From assembly GCF_009914755.1 (NCBI RefSeq), contig NC_060948.1: a DNA stretch of 64,000 nt. One strand, given 5' to 3'. The position numbers were made by a program, and so were the translations under genes. How positions within the stretch are numbered: the first letter of the stretch is position 1; the number at the start of each line of letters is the position of its first letter. This DNA is from the human T2T-CHM13v2.0 reference genome, Homo sapiens. The notes beneath the pieces are model-generated. The model ran no database searches. It saw only the letters and a program-made list of their open reading frames with translations, and was not told the DNA's origin. Below, piece by piece: positions 1 through 12,266 of the stretch.

Positions 1-1029
1 AATTGGCCATGATGAGTATTTATACTACTAACATTGGAAAACTCAGTAAATCAGGGTTCTTCCTGCAGGCTGACTTTTAAATATTTGCCGTAACTACTGA
101 AGCCAGAGGTTACAGTGAGGAGCCAGAGGAGGATTCTGAGTACAGGAGAAACACAATTTGCTACTCATTTTATCCATTTTTCAAAGGATCCTCTTCACCA
201 TGTACAGAATAGACTGGAGCCAGGCACAGTAGCAGCGGGAGTTACCAGCCTAGAAGGCTGTGAAATAACCCAGGCATGAGATGCAAGGGGCTTCGGTTGG
301 ACTAGCAATGGAGTAGCCAGACATGGATGGTTGGGATATGATGGGGGGCAAGGCTGACAGCGTTCATTTGTGGATTGGCTGTGAGGTAAAGATAGAGACA
401 GCTAGTGAATTGTACAGAAACACTCTGTTCATGAGGAGCTTACAGTTTAGTGGCAGAAACAAAGCAGGCAGTCAGCTAGGACTTTCACAGATATTTATTT
501 ATACTGGCTTTCAACGACATATAACACAGGGAAACCTAGCCACATTTGGAAATGAAATGTCATTTGAGCTTTGTTATGGTGAGGTATGATACAATCACAC
601 ACCCATGGAGGTATTTACATATAATTTCCTCCACACCTGATTTGGTTCTGCAAACACCCCAGGCCCTATACATGTCATTCGCTAGTAATGTGCTGCGTCA
701 AGGAGGCGTCAGAACCGTGTGAGCTTTCACACATTATCTACCCACCCAACTTCTGGGTTTTGCCTATTCTGTCAGGGTCCTCTGTGAGCTGCTGGGGTAA
801 TGGGCAAAGGGTGGAGATGCAAATGAAAATAGAAATGCTGAGTGAACAGGTTATCTAGTGGAAAGAGGGTGCCAAAGGAAGCAGGGTAGCTAGTGTGAGT
901 GGACTGTTTGATACAGAGTGTGGGAAAGAGTAAGATCTGGAGATGCCCGGATGAGGGGAGTCTTGAGGAAGGAAATGAATGATGAGTTTCTTCAGGGCTG
1001 ATGATAGGTTATGTCATTCAACCCATTCT

Positions 1030-1390
1030 GCAATGACCACCATGTGACTTTGCTCCTAATAAATAAGCAAATTATATTTCCCCACCCCTTGATATGGGGT
1101 TTGGCCATATCACTTGCTTTGGCTGAAAGACTGAGATGAATGGGAGTGACAGGGAACTCCTTATGAGATTTCTTCTTTAAAGGCTTTCCACATTTGCCAT
1201 TGTCATCTGCCATTGTTTGCCACAGGAGGAGAATGAGAGACACACGCTGCAGAGCCAGCCTAGCTAAGCCCTGCCTCGGTCAGCCAAAAAGCAGCTGACC
1301 TGCAGACATGTGAGCAATTATAAATGGTCATTGCTTTATCCTGCCGAGTCTTGAGGAGGTGTTTGCACAGCAACAGCTGACTGATGCAGG
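1030..1390 (+). mobile_element. Degenerate MaLR (MLT1-like) LTR
   Basis: Motifs tcccacccctt-gat-tggggtttggccat-t-acttgctttgg and gcagctgacctgcagacatgtgag...gcaacagctgactgat. Confidence 0.55.
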
Positions 1391-1687
1391 GACTTACAGT
1401 GTGTCCCACAGTGTAGTTTGGCTTTTCCTCATTTGGTGTAAGTAGGGACTTCAGTTACTTCTAAATGCTTTCCAAGTGGTTGATTACTATTTATTTTGGT
1501 AGTATTGAAAGTGTCTTTGCAAAAATTCTATCAGTGAGAAAAATTATAACAGTAAGCTGAGCTAACTAGTTACACGTAGTTAGACAGGCATGACTGGGGC
1601 AAGAGAGAGATCTTTCCTCTCCTACCAGGAATGTTAGGTGATAGTTTGAGAACTATCACACTGTCTCTGAAAAAAAGATAATTTGGG

Positions 1688-1991
1688 GGTCTAGGCACAG
1701 TGGTTCACACCTATAATCCCAACACTTTGGGAGGCAGAGACCAACAGATAGCTTGACCCCAGGAATTCAAGACCAGCCTAAGCAACAAGGCAAATCCTGT
1801 CTCTACAAAAAATACAGAAATTAGCCAGGTGTGGTGGCACACACCCGTAGTCCTGGCTACTCAGGAGGCTAAGGTGGGAGGATCAATTGAGCCCTGGAGG
1901 TTGAGGTTGCAGTGAACCATGATTGCCCCACTGCACGACACCTGGGGTGACAGAGCAAGACCTTGCCTCAAAAAAAAAAAAAAAAAAAAAA
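1688..1991 (+). mobile_element. Alu (AluJ-like)
   Basis: Dimeric Alu with A-rich linker and poly-A tail. Confidence 0.9.
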
Positions 1992-1996
1992 GCTTT

Positions 1997-2672
1997 TGTT
2001 ACCATAGGTAGTTAGGCAGACATGAGCAGGGAAGGAGAGGGCCCTCTTCACCAGGAATGTCAGGCGACCATAAGGTGATAGTGAGGTGGTTGTTAAACTG
2101 TCTCTAAAATAATAATTGGTTGCAGCCAGCGCCAGGGAAACGCAGTCTCCCAATAGATAGAAAACACCTGAAACTGATGATCAGCAGCTTCCTGATTAGA
2201 TGGCAGGAGTTGGGTGAGTGAACTCAAGCATGCACACTAAGAGGCAAAATGGTGGAATTAACTGGTACCTCACCTTCCTTAGGGAATACTCAACCGGTAA
2301 GGGAAAAATGTTTCAAGGCGGCCTGAATACAACTTTAGTAAACACACTGCACACGTGGCCCCTCCTAAGTGCTGGCAGGCCACCCCAAGGGAAGGATCAG
2401 GGGAGAAGGGCACAATCACCCCAGAAGCATAAAAACCCAAGTCAACGGTCAAACCTTGCACTTGATCTCTCAAGTCACCCGCTTGCCCCTCTTCCAAGCG
2501 TACTTCACTTCCTTTCATTCTTGCTCTAAAACTTCTTAATAAACTTTCACTCCTTCCCTTAAGCTTGCCTCAGTTTCTCCCTCTGCCTTATTCCCTTTGG
2601 TTGAATTCTTTCTTCTGAAGGAGGTAAGAATTGAGGTTGCTGCAGTCTTGTGTGGATTCACCACTGATAACA
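1997..2672 (+). mobile_element. ERV1-class solo LTR (MER50-like); a related partial copy lies at ~1568-1685
   Basis: TGTTA...TAACA termini, AATAAA at ~2538; similar ggtagttaggcagacatgagc / accaggaatgt motifs at 1570-1680. Confidence 0.7.
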
Positions 2673-3287
2673 GTTAAAATGGTAAATTTTATGTTATGTA
2701 TATTTTATCACAATAAAAATTACCAAATAAGAGATAATTGGCTATTTAAACATAAATAATAACCATGTATTATAGGGGTTATGACTTATATAAATTGGAA
2801 GACAAAAACAATAACATAAAGGCTGGTGGGGGGAGAAATAGAAGTATACCCATTTGAGGATATCATACCACATATGAAGAGGTATAGTATCCCTCAAAAT
2901 ATATCGTGATAAGAAAAGATGTATGCTACCACTAAAATAATAAAACAAAGAGTTAAAGCTAATAAGTCTATAAAGGAGATAAAAATAGATCATAAAAATA
3001 CTCAACTAATTCAAATCAATCCAGTTAATCTAAATTAATCCAATTAATCTAAAATAAGACAGAGAGGGAGGAAAAAAGGAACAAAGAACAGGTGGAACAA
3101 ATAAGAAACAAATGCCAATGTGATAGAGTGAAAGTTAGCCATTACAGATAAAAAGTTTAAATAAAAATAGTCCAATTAGCCCCATTAAAAGGCAGACTGT
3201 CAGATTGGATAAAAATGCAAGACAACTTTGTGCTGCCTGCAAGAGATGCACTTTAAAATATAAAGACACAAATGGGTTAAAAGTGAA

Positions 3288-3400
3288 AAAAAATTTTTTT
3301 TTCTTGAGGCCAGGCTGTTCTCAAACTCCTGCGCTCAGGATCCACCTGCCCCAGCCTCCCAAAGTACCGGCATTACAGGCATGAGCCACGGGGCCTGGCC
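3288..3400 (-). mobile_element. Alu monomer fragment
   Basis: ccagcctcccaaagt...attacaggcatgagccac. Confidence 0.8.
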
Positions 3401-3465
3401 AAATAGTCTAAGTTTTGACAAGGGTATGCCATTGCTGACACTGGCCAAGAGGAAGCTGGAGTGGC

Positions 3466-4450
3466 TGAGCAGTTTTCTGAGAGCCAAAACCCAACTCTGT
3501 GTGTGAGTTTTCAGCCACTACAAAGGCCTTACCACAAGTTTGTTCCATGGGTCCTCCCCACCGGCCTCGGTGCACAACCAGAACCAGAGCACACAGTCCC
3601 CTAGGGGAGTTGTATCAAAGACTCACGTCCCCCCGCACTTATGTTCTTACACATACCTGCATTCCCAGCCCAGATACGTCCATGCAGAGGTCCCCGGATC
3701 AGGAGGGTCCTGGCAGAGGTCTTTCTTGGCTGCCTCTACTAGACACCAACTTCTTGAGGGTAACCTGAAAAACATGCTTTTCTCTCTTCTTCTTCTTCTT
3801 CCTCCTCTTCTTCTTCTTCTGCTTCTTCTTCTTCTTCCTCTTCTCCTTCTTCTTCTTCCTCTTCCGCTTCCTTCTCTTCTTCTTCCCCTTCTTCCTCTTC
3901 TTCTTCTTCTTTTTTCTTTTCTTCTCATTCTCCTCCTCCTCCTCCTCCCCCTCCCTCCTCCTCCTCCTCTTCTTCTTCTTTTTTTTTTTTTTTTTTTTTT
4001 TTTGAGACTGAGTCTCATGCTGTCGCTTAGGATGGAGTGCAGTGGCGCGATCTCGGCTCACTGCAACAACCTCCGCCTCCGCGGTCCTCAGTATTAAGTA
4101 TCTTCCACTCCTAGCCTTCCCCAAACTCCCACCCTTCACCACAGGGTCCATAAATTCCCAGCAACAGCGAAATAGCAGGAGGCTCATGTTCGGCAGTCCG
4201 TCTCGCTAAGCAGGGAGATGATCATCCCCATACCCCAAACTCCCCTCCTCTGAGCTGCTCCATGGGGGAAAACATGGAACATTCTGGGAGCTGGCACTTC
4301 TTCCTTTTTTGCTTCTTGCTTATACTGTTGCATAAGTGAATAAAGTCTTGATGGTTTCTTTTTTTTTTTTCTTTTTAAGTTTGGCCGTTTTCTTAACTGA
4401 CCACGTTAAAACCTGGCAGCTCAGCTCTCTCTCCAGCTGAGCCCTCGACA
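3466..4450 (+). mobile_element. Solo LTR (family not assigned) inserted into L1; contains a truncated Alu and CTT microsatellite
   Basis: TG...CA termini; 5-bp TSD gtggc/gaggc; L1 text aagctggagtggc|tatattaata resumes after it; AATAAA at ~4339. Confidence 0.65.
3778..4085 (-). repeat. 5'-truncated Alu with tail expanded into a complex (CTT/CCT)n microsatellite
   Basis: ~200 bp of CTT/CCT triplets plus poly-T, then gagactgagtctc...ctcactgcaac. Confidence 0.9.
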
Positions 4451-5357
4451 GAGGCTATATTAATATACTAAAAGAAGTAAATCTTAGAGTGAAAAATGTT
4501 ACCGTAGGCAGAGAGTCATTTCAGCATGACAAATTGGTCAGTTAATGAAAATGTGACAATCCTAAGGGTTTAGGTACTTCATAACAGTGCTTCAAATACA
4601 TGAGGCAAAAACTAATAGATTGTAAGGAGAAATAAACACATCCATAATTGTAGCTGGGAATTTCAATAATCCTTTCTCGATAATTAATAGAACAAGTGGA
4701 CAGAAAATCAGCAAGGATATAACAGATTTGAACAATACTATCAAACAACTCCTAATTGACATTTTTACAACACTCCATCCAATGGCAGCAGAATATATAT
4801 TATTTTCAAGTACACATGGGCCATTTACAAAGACCAACTACATTCTGAGCCATAAAACCATTCTCAATATACGTAAAAAGATTCAAGTCATACAAATATG
4901 TTCTTTGACCACAGTGAAATTAAATTAGAAATCAATAGAAGAGGGATAACTGAAAAATACCCAAATATCTAGAAACTAAATAACATGCTTCTAAATAACT
5001 CACAGTTCAAAGAAGAAATCAAAAGGGAAATTACAAAATATTCTGAGGTGAGTGAAAATGAAAATACAGTATATAAGAATTTGTAGGATGCCACTAATGT
5101 TTGGCATCTAATACTAATACTAATGGAACTGTATAACACCAAATACCTATTTTACAAAAAAAAAAAAAAATGATTCAAGGCAATGACCTCAGGATCCATC
5201 ACAAGAAATAAATAATAAAAACAAGAGTGCACATTAAACTCAAAGGAAGCAGACAGTAGGAAATAATAAAGATCAAAAGAGAAATCAATAAAATAGAAGA
5301 CAAAAATAGAGAAAATCAACAAAAACAAAGTTGGTTTCTTGACAAGAAAAATAAAAT

Positions 5358-5670
5358 GGAGTTGGGCACACTGGCTCATGCCTGAAATCCCAACACTTTG
5401 GAAGGCCAGGGCAGGTGGATCACCTGAGGTCAGGAGTTCTAAATGAGCCTGACCAATATGGTGAGACACCATCTCTACTGAAAAATGCAAAAATTAGCTG
5501 GGCTTGGTGGTGCACACCTGTAATCCCAACTACTCAGGATGTTGACGCAGGAGAATTGCCTGAACCCAGGAGGCGGAGGTTGCCCCATTGAGCCGAGATC
5601 AACCCATTGCACTGCAGCCTGGGCAACAAGACTGAATCTCCATCTCAGAGAGGAAAAAAAAAAAAAAAAC
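5358..5670 (+). mobile_element. Alu (AluS-like)
   Basis: Dimeric Alu with poly-A. Confidence 0.9.
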
Positions 5671-5880
5671 AAAGCAAAAGAAAATGGATAAATCTCAAGA
5701 TAGATTGATTAGGAAAAAGGAGAGATCAAAATTTTTCACATTAGGAATGAGAGAATGGGTATCAGTGGTTTCTAAGATATTAAAAAGTATAAAAAGGGAA
5801 TATCACTTGTAAAATTTTATGCCCATAAATTTTACAATGGAAATGAAATTAACAAATGTCCTAAAACATATAAAATATCA

Positions 5881-6255
<375 letters not shown>

Positions 6256-6772
6256 GTAAAAATTTTCAATTTGTAGTTAGAAATCTTCCCACAAAGGAGA
6301 TTTGAGACCCAGATAGCTTTGCCAGTGAATTCTGCCAAACATTTAATGAAGAAATAATACCAATTCTATACAAACTATCCCAGAGAACTTATGAGGCAGG
6401 GAATATTTGTAAGAGACCAGAATTACCATGGCACAAAAACCTTACTAAGATGTTAACAAAAAAGCAAACTATAGGCCAAGATTCTTCATGAATATAGAAG
6501 AAAAAAATTAAAATTTTAGCAAGCTGAATTCAAAATCTATAAAAAGAATACAATATCATGATAAATTGGGATTTTACTTCCTAGGAATTCAGGATGATTT
6601 TACACTGAAAATAAATCAGTACAATTCTCCATGTTAGCAAAGAGATAAATCACATGATCATCTCAAAAGACACAGAAAAAGCAGGTAACAAAAATCTAAC
6701 ATGTATTATTAAATAAAAACTTTCAGCAAACTAAGCATAGAAAAGCATTTCCTCAAACTGATAAAGGGCATC

Positions 6773-7323
6773 TGTGATGGTTAATACTGAGTATTAACTT
6801 GACTAGCTTGAAGGATGCGAAGTAGTGTTCCTGGGTGTGTCTGTGAGGGTGTTGCCAAAGGAGATTAACATTTGAGTCAGTAGACTGGGAGAGGCAGACC
6901 CACCCTCATTCTGGGTGGCCACAATCTAATCAGCTGCCAGCACAGCTAGAATAAAGCAGGCAGAAGAACATGGAAGAACTAGACTTGCTGAGCCTTCCGG
7001 CTTTCATCTTTCTCCTGTGCTGGATGCTTCCTGCCCTCAAACATCGGAGTGCATGTTTTTCAGCTTTTGGAGTCTCAGGCTTGATGCCAGTGGTTTGCTA
7101 AGGGCTCTCAGGCCTTCGGCCACAGACTGAAGGCGGCACTGTTGGCTTCCCTATTTTTGAGGTTTTGGGGCTTGGACTGGGCTTTCTTGCTCGTCAGCTT
7201 GTAGACGGCCTATCATGGGATTTCACCTTGTGATCATGTGAGTCAATACTCCTTAATAAATTCCCTTTCATATACACATCTCTCCTATTAGTTCTGTTCC
7301 TCTGGAGACTCCTGAATAATACA
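6773..7323 (+). mobile_element. MLT2A (HERV-L) solo LTR
   Basis: TGTGATGGTTAATACTGAG start, TAATACA end, perfect 5-bp TSD GCATC (6768-6772 and 7324-7328). Confidence 0.9.
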
Positions 7324-8126
7324 GCATCTATGAAAAATCTATAGCTAAAAACTTACTTCATGATAAAAGACTGAATGCATTTCCTCTGTGATCAGGACTA
7401 AGACAAGGATGTCTGCTCTCACCACTTGTATTCAACCTTGTGCTGGAGATACTGGAACATATAATCAGACATGAAAAAAATGCATCCAGAATGGAAGAAA
7501 TAAAACTGTCTTTATATATAGCCAACATGACTATCTATCTAGAAAATCTAATAGAAACACAAAAAAGTTAGAAGTAATAATTGATTTTAGCTAAGGTTTT
7601 AGGATAAAATATCAATAAAAAATCAACTGTATTTCTACAGACTAGCAAAGAACAATCACAAGTTGAAATTTTAAAAATACTTTGAATAACATAAAAATAT
7701 GAAATACATAGGGATAAATCTGACATAAAATGTGAAAGATGTGTACACTATAAACTATAATACATTGCCAAAAGAAATTAAGGACCTATATAAATGGAGA
7801 GATAGACCATGTTTATGGATTAAAAGACTCATTATTATTAATATGCCAATTATCTCCAAATTATGGATTCAATGGAATCACAATCAAAACCCTAGCAGAC
7901 ATTTTATAGAAATTGACAAGCTGACTCTAAGATTAATGTGGAAATGAAAAGGAACCATACTAGACAAAACAATTTGGGAAAAGAAGAACTAGGCGGATTA
8001 ACACTGTCTCACGTCAAGACTTATTACTAAGCTACAGTAACCAAAATAGTGGGTATTGACATCACAATAGACAAGGGATATCATTAAAAAATATAGAGAG
8101 CCCAGAAAGAGACCTAAATATATATG

Positions 8127-8128
<2 letters not shown>

Positions 8129-8171
<43 letters not shown>

Positions 8172-8190
8172 TGTCTGTCTGTCTGTGTGT
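8129..8190. repeat. (GT)n/(GTCT)n microsatellite
   Basis: About 21 GT units followed by GTCT units. Confidence 0.95.
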
Positions 8191-9797
8191 TTGTGTTTAC
8201 AAATGTGCAAATGTAATTAAGTGGAGAAAGGACAGTCTTTTCAACAAATGGTGCTAGAATAATTGGTTACCATATGCAAAATCCATACTTCACACTATAC
8301 CTAGAAATGAACTGAAAAATGGGTCACAGGCCTAAGTTAGAAACCAAAAACGATAACATTTCTAAAAGAAAATCTTTGTGACTTTGCACTGGGCAAAGAT
8401 TTCTTAGCTGTAACACCAAAAGCATGATCCATAAAAGAACAAACTGATAAACTGGATTTCATCAAAATTCAAAACTTCTGTTCTTCAGATGATGCTACTA
8501 AGAGAATGAGAAAACAAGCCAGACTGGGAGAAAATATTTGCACAGAATATGTCTGATAACAACCTTCATCCAGAATGTATAAAGTACTCTCAAAATCGAG
8601 TTAGAAAAACAATAAAACAATGGGCAAAATACTTGAACAGATACTTCCACAAAGAAGATACAGGGATGGGAAATAAGCATATGAAAAGATGTTCAAAATC
8701 ATTAGTAGTTAGGAAAATACAAGTTAAAAGCATTATATGCCTACCACAATAGCTAAATTTAAAAAGATTGACAATACCAAATGTTGTCAAGGAGGTGGAG
8801 GAATTAGAACTGATATACTGTTGGAAACGAAAAATGGAAAACCTGCAGTTTCTTAAAAAGTCAGACGTATTCCTGCTATGTGATCCAGCACTTGTATATC
8901 CAAGAGAACTAAAAGCGTATCATAAAGTGACTCATATATAAATGTTTATAGCAGCTTTATTTGTAAAAGTCTCACACTGAAAACAACCCAAATGTCCATA
9001 ACAGGTAACTAGATAAAGAAATGTTGGTGTATTCATACAATGAAATACTATTCAGCAAAAAAAAAAAAAAAAAAAAAAAAAAGGTCTATGGATACATACA
9101 ACAATATGAATGAATGTTAAAGTAATTATGCTGAATAAAAGAAGCCACACCAAAATAAACTACTTATTGTATTATTACATTGGTATATGCCTCTAGACAA
9201 TTAAAACCAATCTGTATGACAGAAAGGAGATCAGTGGTTGCCTGAGAAGAGGGTACATGGAGAGAGACAGGAAGGAGAGATTACAAAGGAGCACAAGGAT
9301 ACCTTTTGGGATGATGTTTATGTTCACTATATTGATCGGCTTCATGGGTATATACGTATGTCAAAACTTATCAAATTGTACACTAGATACATATGCTGTT
9401 TATTTTATGTCACTTATACTTCAAAATGCTGTTAAAACTCTCACCAAATTAGGTATGCAAGGAATGTTCCTCAACAGAATAAATGCCATATTGGACAAGC
9501 CCACAGCCAACATCATACCCAATGGTAAAAAGCAGAAAGCTTTTCTTCTATGATCAGGAACAAGGGTGCCCACACTCACCACTTCTATTGTGCATAGTAC
9601 CACAAGTGCTACCTAGAGCAGTTAGGCAAGAAAAAGAAATAAAAAATATCCAAATCAGAAAGGAAGAAGCAAAATTGTCTCCGTAGATGACATGACCTTG
9701 TATACAGAAACTCCACCAAAAAACTGTTAGACCTAAAAAGAGAATTCAGTAAAGTTCCAGAATACCAAAATCAACATTAAAATTGAATTGCAATTCT

Positions 9798-9798
9798 T

Positions 9799-9829
<31 letters not shown>

Positions 9830-10110
9830 ACTTTAAGTTTTAGGGTACATGTGCACAACGTGCAGGTTTGTTACATATGTATACATGTGCCATGTTGGTG
9901 TGCTGCACCCATTAACTCCAACAATGATAGACTGGATTAAGAAAATGTGGCACATATACACCATGGAATACTATGCAGCCATAAAAAATGATGAGTTCAT
10001 GTCCTTTGTAGAGACATGGATGAAGCTGGAAACCATCATTCTCAGCAAACTATCGCAAGGACAAAAAACCAAACACCGCACGTTCTCAATCACTGGTGGG
10101 AATTGAACAA
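9798..10110 (-). mobile_element. Short 5'-inverted L1PA insertion
   Basis: (TAT)n tail plus L1 3' end on minus (9798-9918) joined to a plus-oriented L1 piece (9919-10110); TSD tgaattgca(a/c)ttct. Confidence 0.88.
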
Positions 10111-10579
10111 TGAATTGCACTTCTATACAGCACCAACAAATTATCTGAAAAAGAAAGAAAGAAAACAATCCTACTTACAATAGCAACAAGCACAATAAAA
10201 TTACTTAGGAATACATTTAACCAAGAAGTTTAAATATCAGCATATAAAACACTGAGAAAATAAATTGAAGATGACACAAATAAAAAGAAAGACATCACAT
10301 GTTCATGTATCAGAATTAATATTATTAAAATATCCATACTACCCAAGGTGATCTATAGGTTCATTGCAAACTCTATCAAAATTCCAATGGCAGCATTCTT
10401 CACAGATAGAGAAAAAATAATTCTAAGATTCATATGGAACCACAAAAAAACCTGACCAAAGCAATCTTGAGAAAGAAGAGCGAAGCTGGAGGCATCACAT
10501 TTCCTGATTTCAAACTATGTTACAAAGCTATGTTAATCTAAAGAGTATGGTACTGGCATAAAAACAAACACATAGACTA

Positions 10580-11063
10580 ATAGAACATCATGAGTTTGAA
10601 TGGTACAGGTCCACTTATATGTGAATTTTCTTCTGTTTCTGTCACATCTGAGACAGCAAGACCAATCCTCCTCTTCCTTCTCTTCCTCAGTCTACCCAAT
10701 AGGAACACAAGGAGTATGAAGACCTCTCCGCTTTGACTTAAGGAATAGTAAATATATTTTCTTTTCCTTATGATTTTCTTAATAACACCATCTTTTCTAT
10801 AGTTTACTTTAGCGTACAAATACAGTATATAATACATATACAAAATACATGTTAATCAAGTGTTTACGTTATTGGTAAGGCTATTGGTCAATAGTAGGCT
10901 ATTAGTAGTTAAGCTTTTGGAGAATCAAGTTTTAAGGCCAAGGTAATTCAAGGCCCAGTCTGGGAAACATAGTGAGACCCCATGCCTTAAGAAAAAGTTA
11001 TATGCTGATTTGCGACTATGCAGGGGTCAGTGCTCAAACTCCACGCTGTTCAAGGGTCAACAG
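10580..11063 (+). mobile_element. Tigger3/MER7-like DNA transposon with a small Alu-like fragment inside
   Basis: ggtccacttatatg...gagacagcaagacca...ggctattagtagttaag...gttcaagggtcaacag terminus. Confidence 0.8.
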
Positions 11064-11273
11064 TGTATTATATGCAGAATATAAGAGAGTTGAACTCATC
11101 AAAACATAGAGTACCATGGCAGTTGCCAGGGAATGGCGGTGGGGGAAATGGGTAGATTTTGACCAAAGGGGACAAACTTTCAGTTATAAGATGAGCAATT
11201 TCTGAGAATCTAATGTATAGCATGGGTGATAATGTATGTATTAATTAATTTGATTGTAGTAATTATACAATGT

Positions 11274-11308
11274 ATTAGGTTGGTGCAAACTAATTGCACC
11301 AACCTAAT
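11274..11308. mobile_element. Minimal MADE1 (Hsmar1-derived MITE) palindrome
   Basis: attaggttggtgcaa-actaa-ttgcaccaacctaat. Confidence 0.85.
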
Positions 11309-11906
11309 TTAGGCATATCAAATAATTGCATTGTACACCTTGAGTATATACGCTCTTTGTCAATTAAATAAATAAAAATAAAAATGGTCAGATGAGTTTA
11401 ATAATTAAGAATCTGAAAGAGGGAAAAGTCAGTTAGAATTTTGCTTGTAGTTACAGAATAGAGCCAAATATGTAAAATTTCCCTGTTCAATTAAAAATCA
11501 CTAAAAAACTAACACTAATATGAATGTATGCTAATTCTGCAATGGTTTTGTACAGTGTGGTCATCTACAAGTTCAAATGCTACACAAGTATTCAAAAAAT
11601 CATTGGGAAAGTGTTTCTAGTCTAATGCTAAGTGAGTAAAGGAGACTGAAAAATTGTGCCTAAACCTATGGGTGACAACTTTCCTTCTCACTATTAAAAC
11701 TTGTTTCGAGCAATACTTTGTAATAAAATAGGAATGGAAACATTTTAAGGCTATTAACTTTTAATCAATGACTTAAAGACAGTCACTTATTTTTTTTTCT
11801 AAACTATTCAAAACCTAAACAGGTGGTATGGAGGAAAGACCTGCACTTTTTGAGGAGTTTGAATAATCAGGCAATTGACCACATCAAACAAATTAATCTC
11901 TAGGGA

Positions 11907-12266
11907 GAGGCTGAAAATCCCTTCTCCAAAATGCTTGAAACCAGAAGTGTTTCGGATTTGGCGGTTTTTTTGTTTGTTTGTTTTTGATTTTGATTTTGGA
12001 ATATTTGCATATATATAATGAGATATCTGGGAGTGAGACCCAAATCTAAACATGGAATTCATTTATGTTTCATATATACCTTAGGCACATAGTCTGAAAG
12101 TAATTTTATACAACACCTTAAATAATTTTGTCTATGAAACAATGTTTTTGTACACTGAACCATCTGAAAGCAAAGGTTTCACTATCTCATATTAGCACTG
12201 AAAAACTTTCAGATTCAGGGGCATTTCTGGATTTGGGATTTTTGTATTAGGATGCACACATCCTGT
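11907..12266 (+). mobile_element. Tigger4/MER46-like DNA transposon
   Basis: aaatgcttgaaaccagaagtgtttcggattt...gagacccaaatctaaacatggaattcatttatgtttcatata. Confidence 0.75.

Larger units (their letters stand above)
9425..11385 (+). mobile_element. Old L1 (L1MA-like) ORF2/3' fragments hosting nested insertions
   Basis: [11 protein letters not shown]-like translation; 3'UTR motifs at ~11080-11380. Confidence 0.75.

Noticed and set aside
3540-4187. Long Leu/Pro-, Arg- and Lys-rich ORFs (185, 123 and 162 aa)
   Set aside because: They are translations of the CTT/CCT microsatellite and Alu, stop-free only because of low complexity
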